A stretch of DNA of 38,802 bases from Neovahlkampfia damariscottae (GCA_016618085.1 JABLTG010000174.1:1-38802); one strand, 5' to 3'. Positions 11,141 to 23,200 are shown, counted from the stretch's first letter. The notes: generated from the sequence alone by a model not told the origin. Made by a program: numbers and translations.

Positions 11141-13197
11141 TCATATAACTTCATTCAATTGCTTCTCATGTGAATGAACTGATGGAGCTCTGTATTTTTC
11201 TATTATTTTCTTTGGTTTCATTTTATCATTTGACAATTTCAAAATTGAAAACTCATTTGTCGGATCAATTCGAACATTTCCTTGATTTGCCAATTGCAAA
11301 GTGGCCAAAAATAATCTACAAACTTCTACAGGTGATTTATCAACAGTTACTTGATCAAATGTCATTTCTTCTGTGGTGAATGAATCTAAAACAATCTCTC
11401 CATACTCTTCAATATCATACGCTCTTTTTCGTGACTGTTGACAACAACATTAATTAATATTTAAATTTACTTCTTCTTCAAGTTTTGGTTCAATATGAGA
11501 TTGCCAATCTTGAACTCTTTTATGTAACTTTGCATCTTCTTTTGCACTGGTCATACTTTGAAGATATCCTTCCTGCAAAAAGTTAATTTTAACAAATCAT
11601 TTCTTTACCAAATGCTGTTTACAAAAGTCTTCATATGTTTGAATGTATTGAGTCAAATCATTATTATTCTCCATTGAATCTCCAGGTTTGGTCAGAGCTC
11701 TTTGATTGGTTATAAACTGTATTGTACTACTTTCATTGAAGGCAGCTTCAAAATCATTATCATCATCAAATCCAACGGGCATATCATCATCATCATCATT
11801 ATCAAATCCACCAATCTTTTAAAACTGTAAAAAAAAAAAAAAAAAAAAATTACATCTCTTGTTGTATGTTCGACTTCATTTCTGAAGTTATCATCATTTT
11901 GAATAGGTGCAAAGTCATCATCATTTTCTAAGTCATCATATTCATCTTCAATTTGCTTTTGTTTTTTTGCATTTGTTTTCTTTGTTAATTTTCTTCTTTG
12001 TCTTTCAAAATTCATAATATATTGAAATTCTGAATGAAAAATACCTTTCATTTTAATTTTTGTGAATGAGTCATCAGTAATTATCTCGTCTTCTGATTTC
12101 AAAGAAAATGAATCTTTTGGTAATCTTGGAATTCGAGATGTTGATTCTGAAAAGAGTAAAACTTTAAAAGAAAAGTGCTTACTCTTTTTAAAAGGTTTTT
12201 TAGTTTTGGATTCTTCATGAGGATCTAATGGTTCCCAAATCAAATATTCTTCATCTTCAACTTGTTGTTTTCTCGTTCTTTTTGGTCGAACTTGTTCTTC
12301 ATCATCATCTCTAAATCCATTTTTTTGATCTGAAATAAAAGTTTTGCTTGAATTTTCAGAAGTATTTTTTGTTGGAGTTGAATTTAAAGTTGAATTTTTT
12401 GATGGTAAAACAGGACCCATTTTATCATTCTCATCATCCGAGTCAGTAGAAAATCCATTATTTACTGCGCGTACTGATTGATTTATAGTTAAATTTGTTT
12501 GGTTTGTCGGGTTTGTATGATTGAGAGAGCTACTGTTGATCATTCTGCTTGTATTTGAATTAAATGATTGTCCAAGTAATGTTTTATCACTTTCTTGAAG
12601 TAAAAGAGCGCCTGATGGATGAATAGAACATGAATTAAGTTTGAAATTTGTGGACTCTCTTGTTTTGTGGTCTTCATAACCTAAATTTGAAGGAAAGTTA
12701 ATTTTTGGTTTAAATAGATGATTCTTTGATGTATCTGAAAATGGAAGGTCTATTTTTTCATCTTCTTCTTCATCAACATCATCAAGTGGTAAAAAATCTA
12801 TTGACTCGTTCAGCCAATCATCATCTGATTGTTTGTTGGTTTTATTTTCATCCTGCTGTTGAGATTTTTTTGTTCTGTAGTTGTTAAAAAAAAATTTTTT
12901 TGAGTCTCACTTTTTTTCAATGATGTGATTCAAAATGTCAAATACCAAAGTGTATAAATATTCAACTTTTTTACTATAAATACAAGCTGAACCTTGTATA
13001 ATTAAAGCAGCTTCAGCAAAGTTTACAGTTGTCTTTCCACCATCTAATGTGATTTTTATATTTTCAAGATCACCCAAGTATTCTTCGAGTTCACTGGCGA
13101 TGTCGATTGACCAATTTTTTGCTAAGTCCCTTTTTTTGTTAGTTTTATTTGTTTTTCACCTTATTGGGTTCAGTAATGAGCTGTGTTTGTTCTCCAT
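11141..13197 (-). CDS. NCAPH2: Condensin II kleisin subunit H2
   Basis: N-terminal [24 protein letters not shown]...[24 protein letters not shown], internal WEPLDPHE, and C-terminal [17 protein letters not shown]. Multi-intron gene. Confidence 0.93.
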
Positions 13198-13632
13198 TGA
13201 CGGTTAGGTTTTTAAGCGCGAGGTGTTTTGATTGGTGTATTTCGTACACATTAAAAAAACATAAAAGCGCATTGAAGATAACTTTGTTTTAAACGACTAA
13301 GACGTAGCTTTTCAAAAGGATTAGAATGTAAACAACCACAAAATCGAAACCTTTGCTGCATAATAAATATATGTCGTCCGTTTTTTTTTTGATGTTAGCA
13401 TAAAATCACTCTTGTGCTGGGATATTATAGAGATTCAAACTCCGGTGTTTTTTGCAAGTTTTTGTTTCACACTTTTTGGCAAAAAACTGATTTCGGAATT
13501 ATGTGATAAATTTGGTGATACTTTTGACCAAAAACTAAAAATGTGAATTGAATGCCATTGGCTGAATCCAATTTTAACCAAAAAATTTCTTCATTTGGAG
13601 AAAATCAGAAAATCAGTTTGTGTCTACATCAT

Positions 13633-14513
13633 ATGCAAAACCTTCCAGAGGAGTTGCTTATTAACATATTAGACTTTCTACCAAAGAGTAGCTCGTTCAG
13701 AATACCAATGAACTACTCAAATTATGCTTTAGTCTCAAAACAGTTCTCTACTGCTCTAAGTCACGACATTTTTTGGAAAAAACCTCTTTCAAAAATTTCG
13801 GTAGATCATTATAAAAAAGGTTTCAAAAAGAAATTCATTCAAATATCACGAAAAATGGGTCAACAAGCACAACTCTCAAAATGCCCACTGAACCTGATGT
13901 TCTGTGGTTCCTGTTGTGCTTTAATACATGAACATGTTTGTCATGTTCTTGGAATGAGCAGGAAATACAGTGAAAGTTTTATGTCTGCTCCACAAGAAAA
14001 TTATGTGAAGAAAATAACTTCAAAACGAAGTAATTTTGAACTAAATCTATGGGATTCACCAAATAATTTCGATGAAACTCATTTATACATATTACATTTT
14101 AATGCTCAAAAAGTGGAGTCATTTGAAAGGTTAAAGAACACAGTAAAAAATAAAATCAATTTAACAATTTTCAAAGTGGATTCCTAGGATTAAAAAAGCG
14201 AGAAAACGAAGACCAGCTCCTTTAATTCTTGTTGGATTTAACATTCAAAGTAATTCAACATTCAATGTTTTTTAATTTCTTTTGTCAAGTTGGTTATGGG
14301 CTAGATACTGAAGTTAGTCAAGAAGATATCAAAGAAGTATCAAAGGAATTAAATTCACTTGAGTATATTGAAATTAAATCACTCAAAAATGGTGTATGTT
14401 TAGAGAAATTATTGAATTTAACTTTAAAGTATTATCATAAATCAAAAGAAAATGAAAGACTTCCAAGTCAAATTGTACAACAAATTTGGACGAAATTAAG
14501 ACTTAAAAAATAA
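13633..14513 (+). CDS. F-box protein with a degenerate Rho-like domain
   Basis: F-box MQNLPEELLINILDFL...ALVSKQF...DIFWK. After introns 14143-14176 and 14250-14289 it reads LNLWD...SFERLKNTWIPRI...PLILVG...YIEIKSLKNG. An alternative ATG exists at 13552. Confidence 0.78.
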
Positions 14514-14796
14514 AAACTTTCGTTCAGAAATTCTTTTTCATCTTTCAAAGTGAATTTTCTGGTGAATACCGATAACTTCGATTTAATATTTGATAAACAG
14601 ATTCAGTTTTCTTCTAGTCACTAGGCTCAACCATAATTTGCATGAATAACAAAAGCTGAAAATTAATTTTTGTTTTAAATCTTTATTCAACTTTCAGAAA
14701 AATTTGTTTCCATCAATTCCATGTTATAATTTTTATCTACACGTTCTATGAATCAACTTTCTTTTATTTCTTTCAGTTGAATTTTTTTTTTTTTTT

Positions 14797-14946
14797 TTAA
14801 AATGTTTTTTTTGGTTGAGGTTTTGTCATGGATCCAAAAGCATAAACAAATGGAAATGTCAAAACCAAAATCCATTTAGCTTGGTTAACTTTTTGTGCAA
14901 AGGAAAATGGTCCTTTAAAAGCACTTCTTCTGAGTAATTTGTTCAT
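14797..14946 (-). CDS. 49-aa single-TM microprotein, possibly mitochondrial
   Basis: MNKLLRRSAFKGPFSFAQKVNQAKWILVLTFPFVYAFGSMTKPQPKKTF. It has its own AGCCAATCA box (CCAAT 14976-14980) and AATAAA downstream. Too short for the ORF track. Confidence 0.65.
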   Translation of the reverse strand: MNKLLRRSAFKGPFSFAQKVNQAKWILVLTFPFVYAFGSMTKPQPKKTF

Positions 14947-15007
14947 CTCTACGTTCGTTGGTCAAAAAAATTTAGCCAATCAGGTTTAAATAATACATTC
15001 GCAAAAT

Positions 15008-17208
15008 TTATTCAACAATTGACTTTTCTTCCAGTTTTACTTTTTTCTTTGGAGGCACATCAACTTTCTCCATTTCTTTCACAAAACTCAAAAAATCCTC
15101 TGCCTCTTTTTTATCTTCAATTGTAAATGTCTTCGGAATTACTACTTTAGGTGGTGGTTCTGAAGTTTCAGTTGATGGAGTAGTAGTAGGAGTTAATGAT
15201 CCATTTATATTATTTCTTGATAAAATCGGTTTTTGAAACATTCCATTGATCGGAAAATTAAGATTTGGAAATTTTTTGAATCTCGATGATGCATCTGGCA
15301 TAAATGGAAAATTGAATTGATTTGGTTGTGGTTTTGAATTTGAGAAGCCATTAGTTGCAGTAATTGTTGAATTTGGTGGTGGTGGTAGATTCATAATTGA
15401 ATTTCCCAGTTGATGAAGTGGTGAGGAAATTGGAGGATTTGTAAATTGTTGAGTTACTTGTGATTGTGATTTTCCAAGTCTTTGCATCGGAATTGATGGT
15501 GTAATTTGTGAATTTCCAAGTTGAAAAGAGTTTGATATTTGTGAGTTTTGAGGTGTAATTGTCGGTTGATGAACAAATTGAGGCTTCTGAGGTATTTTCT
15601 TTGGAGAATTTTTAACATCTGAATACTTTTTCTCCATTGAACTTCCTTTCCTAGTGATAAAGTCATCAGAAAAAAAAAAAAATTTCATACTTCAGTTTAC
15701 TGAAAAATACAGTTGGTTTTGAGAATATACTGAACGGAGATGACATTGTCACCAAAACTTTCTTATATACACCCTCTTCACTTTTTTTGTACATCGAAAT
15801 TTTAAAGCAAAATTGGCCTCTCCATGAAACATTTTTTTCTGAAAATTTTCAATTCTTTTTTTTTTAATCTTACGCTCGTTTGGCCATAATAAATTTAAAA
15901 TCCATGAAGAATTAACCACATCTTCACCATATTGATATGAAATTATTGGTGACCCTTCAGCTGTGAATTCTTCATAATCTTTGGATCTTGATTTCATTGA
16001 TTCTGCAATATTTTGTTGGAATTTAGGTTTAATGTTCATTGGAATTTGATTTGGTAATATATTAATATTTGGTGAAGTTTTTTCTTGTATTCCATTTCTA
16101 CTCATCAACATAGGATAGTTTGACATGAATTTTTGGTTTTGAGCGTACATATGTTGCAGTTGAGCATTTGATGATGTTTGATTTCCAAATTTCTGTGGAG
16201 GATACTTTGCACCAATAGAGTTTGCAGTAACCAAATTTGGAGATGTTTTTGGTTCAAAATTTTTTTCTGAATTCGTTTGAGGAATGGCTATACTTATAGG
16301 AGGGGCGTTACTTTCTTTAAGCTTTTGTAAATTGAGTGCTGCAGCTTCAGGAGAAAAATCTATTTTTGAAGTAGTTTTTTCTTTCGGTTCTGGTGTCTTT
16401 ACTTCAGGAAATGTTTCTGGATTTGGTGTTTGAGTAGGTGTAGTTTCCGAATCAATATCTGGTTGAGATTCATTTGATTCTTCTGTCTTGACACTCGGTT
16501 TGATCGGAGAAAAATGCATAGGAGTTATTTTTGTGTTCTGTGGAGACAATGGTTCCATCATATCATCTCTCAAAGAAGCTACTTTTCTTTTACAAAGCTC
16601 TAGTTCAACTAAGTACTTGTTTCGTTGACCAGCCCACTTAGAAAAAAATGTCAAAAAAATTCCAAAAAATACTTGATAAAATTTCTCGTTACCATGAAGA
16701 ACAAACTTTTAAATTTAGAAATATAAAAGAACGAACTTTGTATTTATGAGTTCTAAAGAGAGTATCAGAAGGACTAAAGTCTTGTCCTGTTATTTTTCTT
16801 GATAGAACTTCAACATCAAGGTGGGCAGTATTTGGTGATGGTAATCTTTGTGATTTAGCAAATTTTTCTCTTACATTTGATTCCAAGAGAGACTGATTTG
16901 ATGAAGTTGTACCTTCTCTTGATTCTCTTCCATTGTTTTATTGGTCCATTTAATTCGAGAAAAATTTGTAATCCAATCAGGTTCAGTATATTTCTGGAAT
17001 TCTCAATTTTTCGATTATTTGTGTTGCTTAGATGAAATCTCACACTGCAATTTCTCTGCTGTCAATTCCAATCTTTACTGGCTAAAAAAAAATGAAGAAA
17101 CATCATTGGTCCAAATAAAACAAGGTTTGTTTGGGCTTTTTCTGGTACCCTATGGAATTTTTTTAGATTCAAATCTCAAATGAAAAGAATATCAATACAA
17201 ATTCTCAT
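15008..17208 (-). CDS. Multi-exon, largely disordered P/S/Q-rich protein, probably nuclear; 5' exon structure uncertain
   Basis: ORFs 15749-16654 and 15008-15688 plus short upstream exons bounded by GT-AG. C-terminal NLS-like PPKKKVKL. The start at 17208 is inferred from the ATTGG-TCA-ATG context. Confidence 0.6.
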
Positions 17209-17211
17209 TGA

Positions 17212-17216
17212 CCAAT
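17212..17216. promoter_or_regulatory. CCAAT box shared by a ~44-nt divergent promoter
   Basis: Lies between the inferred minus-strand ATG (17208) and the plus-strand ATG (17253). Confidence 0.5.
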
Positions 17217-17252
17217 GATAATTTTTCCTTCAAAAACAAACAAATCGGGTTG

Positions 17253-19174
17253 ATGAAGAAAGACTCAAAAGAATTAGCAAAAAAACTCGCAGCAAACGAC
17301 CCAAGTATAACCAAGTTAGAACTTTCAAATCAAGGAGTAACTGGTGATTTTTTAAAAGACATTATGCCAGCTTTAGATTTCAACACAACTGTGACGCATC
17401 TTGACTTGAGTGAAAATAATATTGATGAAAAATATTTTCCAGAAATAAGAGAAACCTTTTTAAGAAACCAAACTATTGAAGAATTCATTTTTCTTGGAAA
17501 TAAAATCACAGAAAAAGGAGGTAAAATTCTCATTGATGGATTAAGAGAAAACTACACATTGATTGACTTTCAAATTGATAAAGTAAATTTAGATTATGAT
17601 GAAGATGATGATCATGATGATTGTCTTGAAAGAAATCAACAAATGAAAGAAGAAGGAAATAAAACAGTAACAAACGTTTTACCAAGAGGAGCAAAAAAAG
17701 AAGAAAAAAAAGTTGAAAATAAACCTGCAAAAGAAACTAGACCACCAATAAAAAAAACAACTACACCTGTTAAATCTACACCAGTCAAGGCAACAACAAA
17801 TTCCTCTTCAAGTGGTGGATACGTCAAACCTGTTTTAAAATCAACCAATTCACCTTATTCTAAACAAGTTAATACTACACCTACTGCTTCAAGTGGAGCT
17901 TTTGTAAAACCAGCTTTGAAGTCCACAAATTCACCTTTCAAAACTACTGGCAATGCAACAAGTTCAACAACAACCACACAAAAAAAAGCACCAGTAAAAA
18001 CTTCAACACCAACAAAAACTACATCAAAACCAACCACAAGTAGTACAGTTTGGAGTTACTCAGGTCCTTTGTCTAACGAAATTAAAAGAATCAAAATTAA
18101 CGACAAGTACTTGTCAAAAATCGATCTTTCAAATAAAAAAGTAACAGATGAAACTTCAAAAGAACTATTTTCAGCTTTAGAAACTAATAGAGTATTGAAG
18201 AAATTACAACTAAATGACAATTTATTAACCGATGAAGTAAAAAAAAAAAAAAAATTAAAATCTCTTTTTTTTAAAGGCTATTCATTACATGGAAAAGATG
18301 TTTCCTTTGAATACAACTTTAGATACTCTTGAATTAGAAGGAAATAATTTTACACCAAAAGGAATTGATCATTTTTGTGAAGCTTTAGAAAAAAATTGGT
18401 CTTTAACAGATGCTACTATTTCAATAGATGCAACAGACGACCAACTAGACATTGTATGGATCAAATTTTTTTTAACATTTTTTTTAGATTGATGATCTTT
18501 TAGACAGAAATTTTGATAAAATTTATGAAGAAGAAAAAGCAAAGAAAAAACAAAATGAAAAGAAATATGCCCCTTCAAATTTCAAAAAATATTCAGATAC
18601 TCAATCATTTTCAAAAAATCAACAAACACTTCAAAAAAAAGCTTCTTTCAAAAAAACAGAATTTTCTTCAGTTCAATTGAAAAAAACAGATAGTTCTCCT
18701 GTAAAATCAACTGATCATTCTACACCTACGAATACTGTAAATTGGAGAGACAAGTTAAAAACACCTTCTGTTGATGTTAATAAGCCAATATCCACTTCAT
18801 CAGCAAAACCATCTTCAAATCCATTTGGAAAAACTGTCAAAGAAGAAACATCATCAAAACCAGTACAACAAAAAGAACTTCATCATTTACTTAAATGGGT
18901 GAATGGAATGTTATGGTGTGTTGATTTCAAAGTTGAAAATTTCACAACAAGTTTTAGAAATGGACGTGCATTTTGTGAAATTGCAAATCAAATTGATGAT
19001 TCAGTGAAATATGATTCACAAAAAACAGGTGATGAAAATATCAAAGCAGCTTGGGATCTATTTGAAAAAATGGAAATAGATACTTTTTTGGATGCTGAAG
19101 ATGTTGGCAAAGAACAAAAATCAATGATGCTCTGTATCAAAATGGTACGTGATTATTTCCGTGCACATGATTAA
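17253..19174 (+). CDS. Protein with two RNI/tropomodulin-like LRR domains and a C-terminal calponin-homology domain
   Basis: NDPSITKLELSN...NTTVTHLDLSENNI and NDKYLSKIDLSN...NRVLKKLQLNDN. Introns 18237-18276 and 18454-18487. CH domain LLKWVN...VENFTTSFRNGRAFC. Confidence 0.85.
17808..17939 (+). repeat. Internal coding duplication, 81-nt period (SSGGYVKPVLKSTNSPY / SSGAFVKPALKSTNSPF)
   Basis: Visible in both the DNA and the protein sequence. Confidence 0.85.
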
Positions 19175-19193
19175 AATTTATTCTTTTAAAACT

Positions 19194-20134
19194 TTAAATA
19201 ATGGTTCTTTCATTTTTGGTGTGACTTAAATTTGATTTAGATATTTTTTTATTTTTACAAATTGCCATTGGATATTTATGAGTTGTTGTTGATCCTTTGA
19301 ATTCAATAGGTTTATATGTATCTAAGTTATAAATTAAGCATGCATTTGCTTCTCTTAATATCACAGTTGGTGCCACACTGTCCCCTGAAAATCATGTTAA
19401 AAATTTAAAATTTCAATACAAAATGATGACTTTTTGGAGAGATTTAGATAAACATTTGCATCTCCTTTTGCAATATCCATTGATTTTAAACCCATTGAAC
19501 CTCTAACTTTTTTTTTTTCAATTTTTAATTTTGAAATAATTTCCAATGGTTTTGGTTTGTCAGCTGAACTTACACTGGCAACAGCTTCTTCCAAAGAACA
19601 ATCATTGCAGTTCAACTGTGTTTTATTTCCATTTTTTATTGAAAAAGAACCTGTTCCTTTGATTCCATAATACATAATGTCTTCAGTAGCATGATAAATA
19701 ACTCCAACTTTTGGATCTGAATCTTCACAATAACCAATCATCACACACCAATCTCCAGTTTGTTTTATAAAGTCACTAGTACCATCTTTTAAATATATAT
19801 TTCAGATATAATTTTTAATACCAATTGGGTCAACAAAAAAGTATTTTCCTTTTGAAAATTCTGTTTTTGTGTCTTCATTTTGTTTATCTGTTGATTCTTC
19901 ACCAACTAATGTTATATCAGGAAATTTTTTTCCTAATCTTTCAAGAATAAAAGTATTCAATTCAACATCAACCTAAATTTGATTTTTAGTTTAATTTTTT
20001 ACTTGTGTGACAAAAGTGTTATCAGGCTTTTCATCAACTTTTAAAGGATGTTCTTTCACATAATCTATTGCTCTTTTGCCAGCTGTGTAAGCAATGTCCA
20101 TGCACTCTGTTAACAAATCATTATAATCTGTCAT
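19194..20134 (-). CDS. Inositol monophosphatase-family phosphatase (CysQ-like 3'(2'),5'-bisphosphate nucleotidase)
   Basis: After splicing three introns: KPDNTFVTQVD, LVGEES, FVDPIDGTSDF, GSMGLK and WDSVAPTVILREA. Confidence 0.88.
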
Positions 20135-20184
20135 TTATCCAATCAAACTCGTTTTCAGAAAAGATTTTATTGAACTGATAAAAT

Positions 20185-23063
20185 TTATTCTTCTTCATGA
20201 ACAATATTATTTAATTCAATATCATCCTTATTATTTACCGGAGTATCAAGTGTTATTTCTTTGAATGAAGGATCCCTTACTTCGTTATGAATCTCTTCAG
20301 AAATAAATGGTCTTGGTTTTTCTCTTGGACTAGTTAATCTTTCTGGTTTTTTAATGTCATCCCAAATATCATCTTCAACGTTCGATTGAAATCCTTGAGC
20401 TCTTTTGAGTCTTTTTGATACAACATAAGTAAAGACGATAATTCCAATAACTGCACCAATGAAAAGCACAACACCCATTCCGCATAAGATAACAACGAGA
20501 TATTGAATTTCAGTATCATAATAAGGCACAAAAACATCGCATTTTGTTCCAATAAAATGAGTGGAACATGTGCAATTATTTGTCGTTAGGCATTCACCAT
20601 TTCCAGAACAAATTTGAGGATTTGATGAGTTCAAACCAAAGCAATACGAGAATTCACATTGATTTCCAGAATATGATCCCCTGCATGAACAAGAGTCTAC
20701 AACATCGCATGTACCTCTTCCAGAACAAACTTCAGCATCATTTTCATATTTATCAAAGCATCTTTTGTATTGACAAATATCACCATTGTATTCTCTTGGA
20801 CATTCACAAATATTAGGTCCTGAACAAGCAGCCTTTCCTGAACAGACAGTAGGATCTGTTTGAAGTTTTCCACCACAAATATTAATTTCACATGTAGATC
20901 CAGTTTTTCCTTGAATACATGAACAAGTATTAAAATCAGTGCAAGTACCAAATGAATTACAAACAGAAGTATCATTACTGTTCACTCCAGAACAAGTTGT
21001 TACTTGACAAGTTTCTCCAAAATATCTTGCATCAATACAATTACATTGATTCATTGCAACGCAAGTTCCCCTTCCTGAACATGTTTTTGGATCATTTGAA
21101 GAAATCAACCCACAAGAATGATATTCACATTGTTCTCCAAAATATCCTTTTGGGCATTCGCATTCATCACCTCCAATACAAACACCTTTGCCTGAACAAA
21201 CGTTTGGATCATTCTCTGATTTTCCAAAGCATCCTGGTGATTCACAGTTTGAGCCACCTCTTCCTGCATTGCATGTACAATTGTTATATGAGAAGCACTT
21301 ACCATTGGAACTACAAACTGATGTGTTTTTGTTTTCAATTCCATTGCATGATGTAATATTACAATTCATTCCTGAATAATTGTTGAAGCAGCTGCAATTG
21401 TTTAATGAATGACAAATTCCATTTCCTGAACAAACATCAGCTGAATTAGATTGTTTTCCATGACAATCAACAATAGAATTTTCACAATTTGATCCATAAA
21501 AACCAGAATTACATGTGCAATTGTTGTACCCATTGCATGTTCCATTTCCTGAACAAACTGATGGAAAAGTTGAATTTATTCCATTACACATGAAGTCATT
21601 GCAATTATATCCAAAGTGACCAGTGTTACAAGTGCAATTGTTGGAATCTGAGCAAACACCAAAGCCTGAGCAAACTTGAGCAGAAAATTGACTGTAACCC
21701 CAACAATAAATTGTTTTTTTTAAGATTGCTGAAAATGAACCACCAGCTGAAATTTGAATAATACGTTCGTTCACTTTTTTTATATTCACTCCTGTTAATC
21801 TATCAACATTTGATCCATCACCTAATTGGCCTTCAACATTCCTTCCAAAAGTCAAAACATCTGAGTTTTTCAATAGAATCATTGAATGATGATAGCCAGC
21901 TGATATTTGAGTCGGGTTTGAAACTGTAAAATGCGGAACAATTGGACTATCTCTGTTCAAAGTTGAATTATCACCCAATTGACCATACTAACATTTAATT
22001 TTTCAAAACTTACATCATTTCTTCCAAATGTATAAACAACGGAATTATCTGTGATAAACATCGAGTGGTAAGCTCCTGCAGCAATTTCAGTGGGTCCTAC
22101 AAAAAATATCAGTGTTGGTATGCTTCTAAACTCAACAGAAGAACCATCACCCAATTGGCCATACTACAATTTTAGTTATTAAATTGTGTTTACATTATTT
22201 CTTCCAAATGTGTAAAGTTTCTTTTCTGAACTCAAAATTATTGAGTGATAAAATCCACATGCAATTTGAACAATAAATTTACTAAACTTTAAAGAAACTG
22301 GAATATTTCTGTGGATTGTTGAATTATCACCTAATTGTCCAAACTATATTTTTAATTCATATTTTAGTTACTTCATTATGTCCAAATGAAAAAGCGTTTG
22401 AAAGATTTGTCAAAATGATAGAATGATAACCTCCAGCAGATATCTTGGAAACATCCAAACTGGTTGGATTGATGAGTTCCACAAATGATGTACGATTTAT
22501 TTGCGTTGAATCTCCTAATTGACCATACTGTCTGGTGTTAATTTTGAGTTAAACAACTGACCTGATTATTTCCAACACAATAAACTTTGGAATTATCTGA
22601 TAATATTAAAGAGTGTTTAAATCCAGTGGATATATCTGAGACAAAAAAACCACCTGGAGTTGTGATTTCTGTTGGTGAGTTATAATCAAATTGATTTCCC
22701 AAGCCTAGTTGTCCATTCTTTGAATAAATTCAATTCATATGGAATTCTTACTTCATTGTTACCAAAAGAAAAAATTTTTGAATCCGTTGTTAAAATTAAA
22801 ACGTGTGAATGACCAGTTGAAATTTTTTTTATGTTAAAAGTTTGGTTTCCAACTAAATTTGGAACATTTTTATTTACATAAGTTCCGTCTCCGATTTGAC
22901 CATGCTTTTATTCTGTTAATTTCAAAAAAAATTCTTTTACATCATTTTTTCCAAAAGTGTATGTTTTTTGTAGAACCTGTGAAGAGGTATTATTCAGCAA
23001 AGTGATCAAGAAAACAAAAAAAAGCATACAACATGAACAATTAAATACAGATTTCACTTTCAT
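20185..23063 (-). CDS. Type I membrane protein: signal peptide, 7 RCC1 repeats, 10 EGF-like repeats, TM helix and cytoplasmic tail
   Basis: RCC1 motif FGxNxxGQLG...ISxGxxHS repeated, with six phase-0 introns (22905-22940, 22718-22751, 22528-22561, 22344-22371, 22164-22193, 21988-22013). Ten CxG...CSGxGxC...CxC...GxxC units. TM segment YLVVILCGMGVVLFIGAVIGIIVFTYVV. Confidence 0.92.
20539..21705 (-). repeat. Ten tandem ~39-aa EGF-like repeats (intronless)
   Basis: Six-cysteine spacing repeated ten times. Confidence 0.9.
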
Positions 23064-23190
23064 GTGTTTTTTTCGGTTTAAAGAATATTACGATTCTATT
23101 GGTGGATTGTAAGTCTCAAAAATAAATCTACATTTTTCTCCAAAATAGCTTCTTTTTCATTTCCACTTTTTCTAAAAAAGCCCGGAATTT

Positions 23191-23200
23191 ATTGGCCAAT
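23191..23200. promoter_or_regulatory. Palindromic double CCAAT box (ATTGGCCAAT) in the divergent RCC1-EGF / DnaJ promoter
   Basis: Perfect palindrome 33 nt upstream of the DnaJ ATG. A further ATTGG at 23098-23102 lies near the RCC1 ATG. Confidence 0.6.

Noticed and set aside
14520..14790. Possible snRNA/snoRNA or octamer (ATGCAAAT) element
   Set aside because: No convincing C/D, H/ACA or Sm-site architecture.
20334..21379. Multiple overlapping short ORFs, and a possible CRISPR-like periodicity
   Set aside because: These are alternative frames of the EGF repeat region. The periodicity is protein-level and degenerate, with no repeat-spacer structure.
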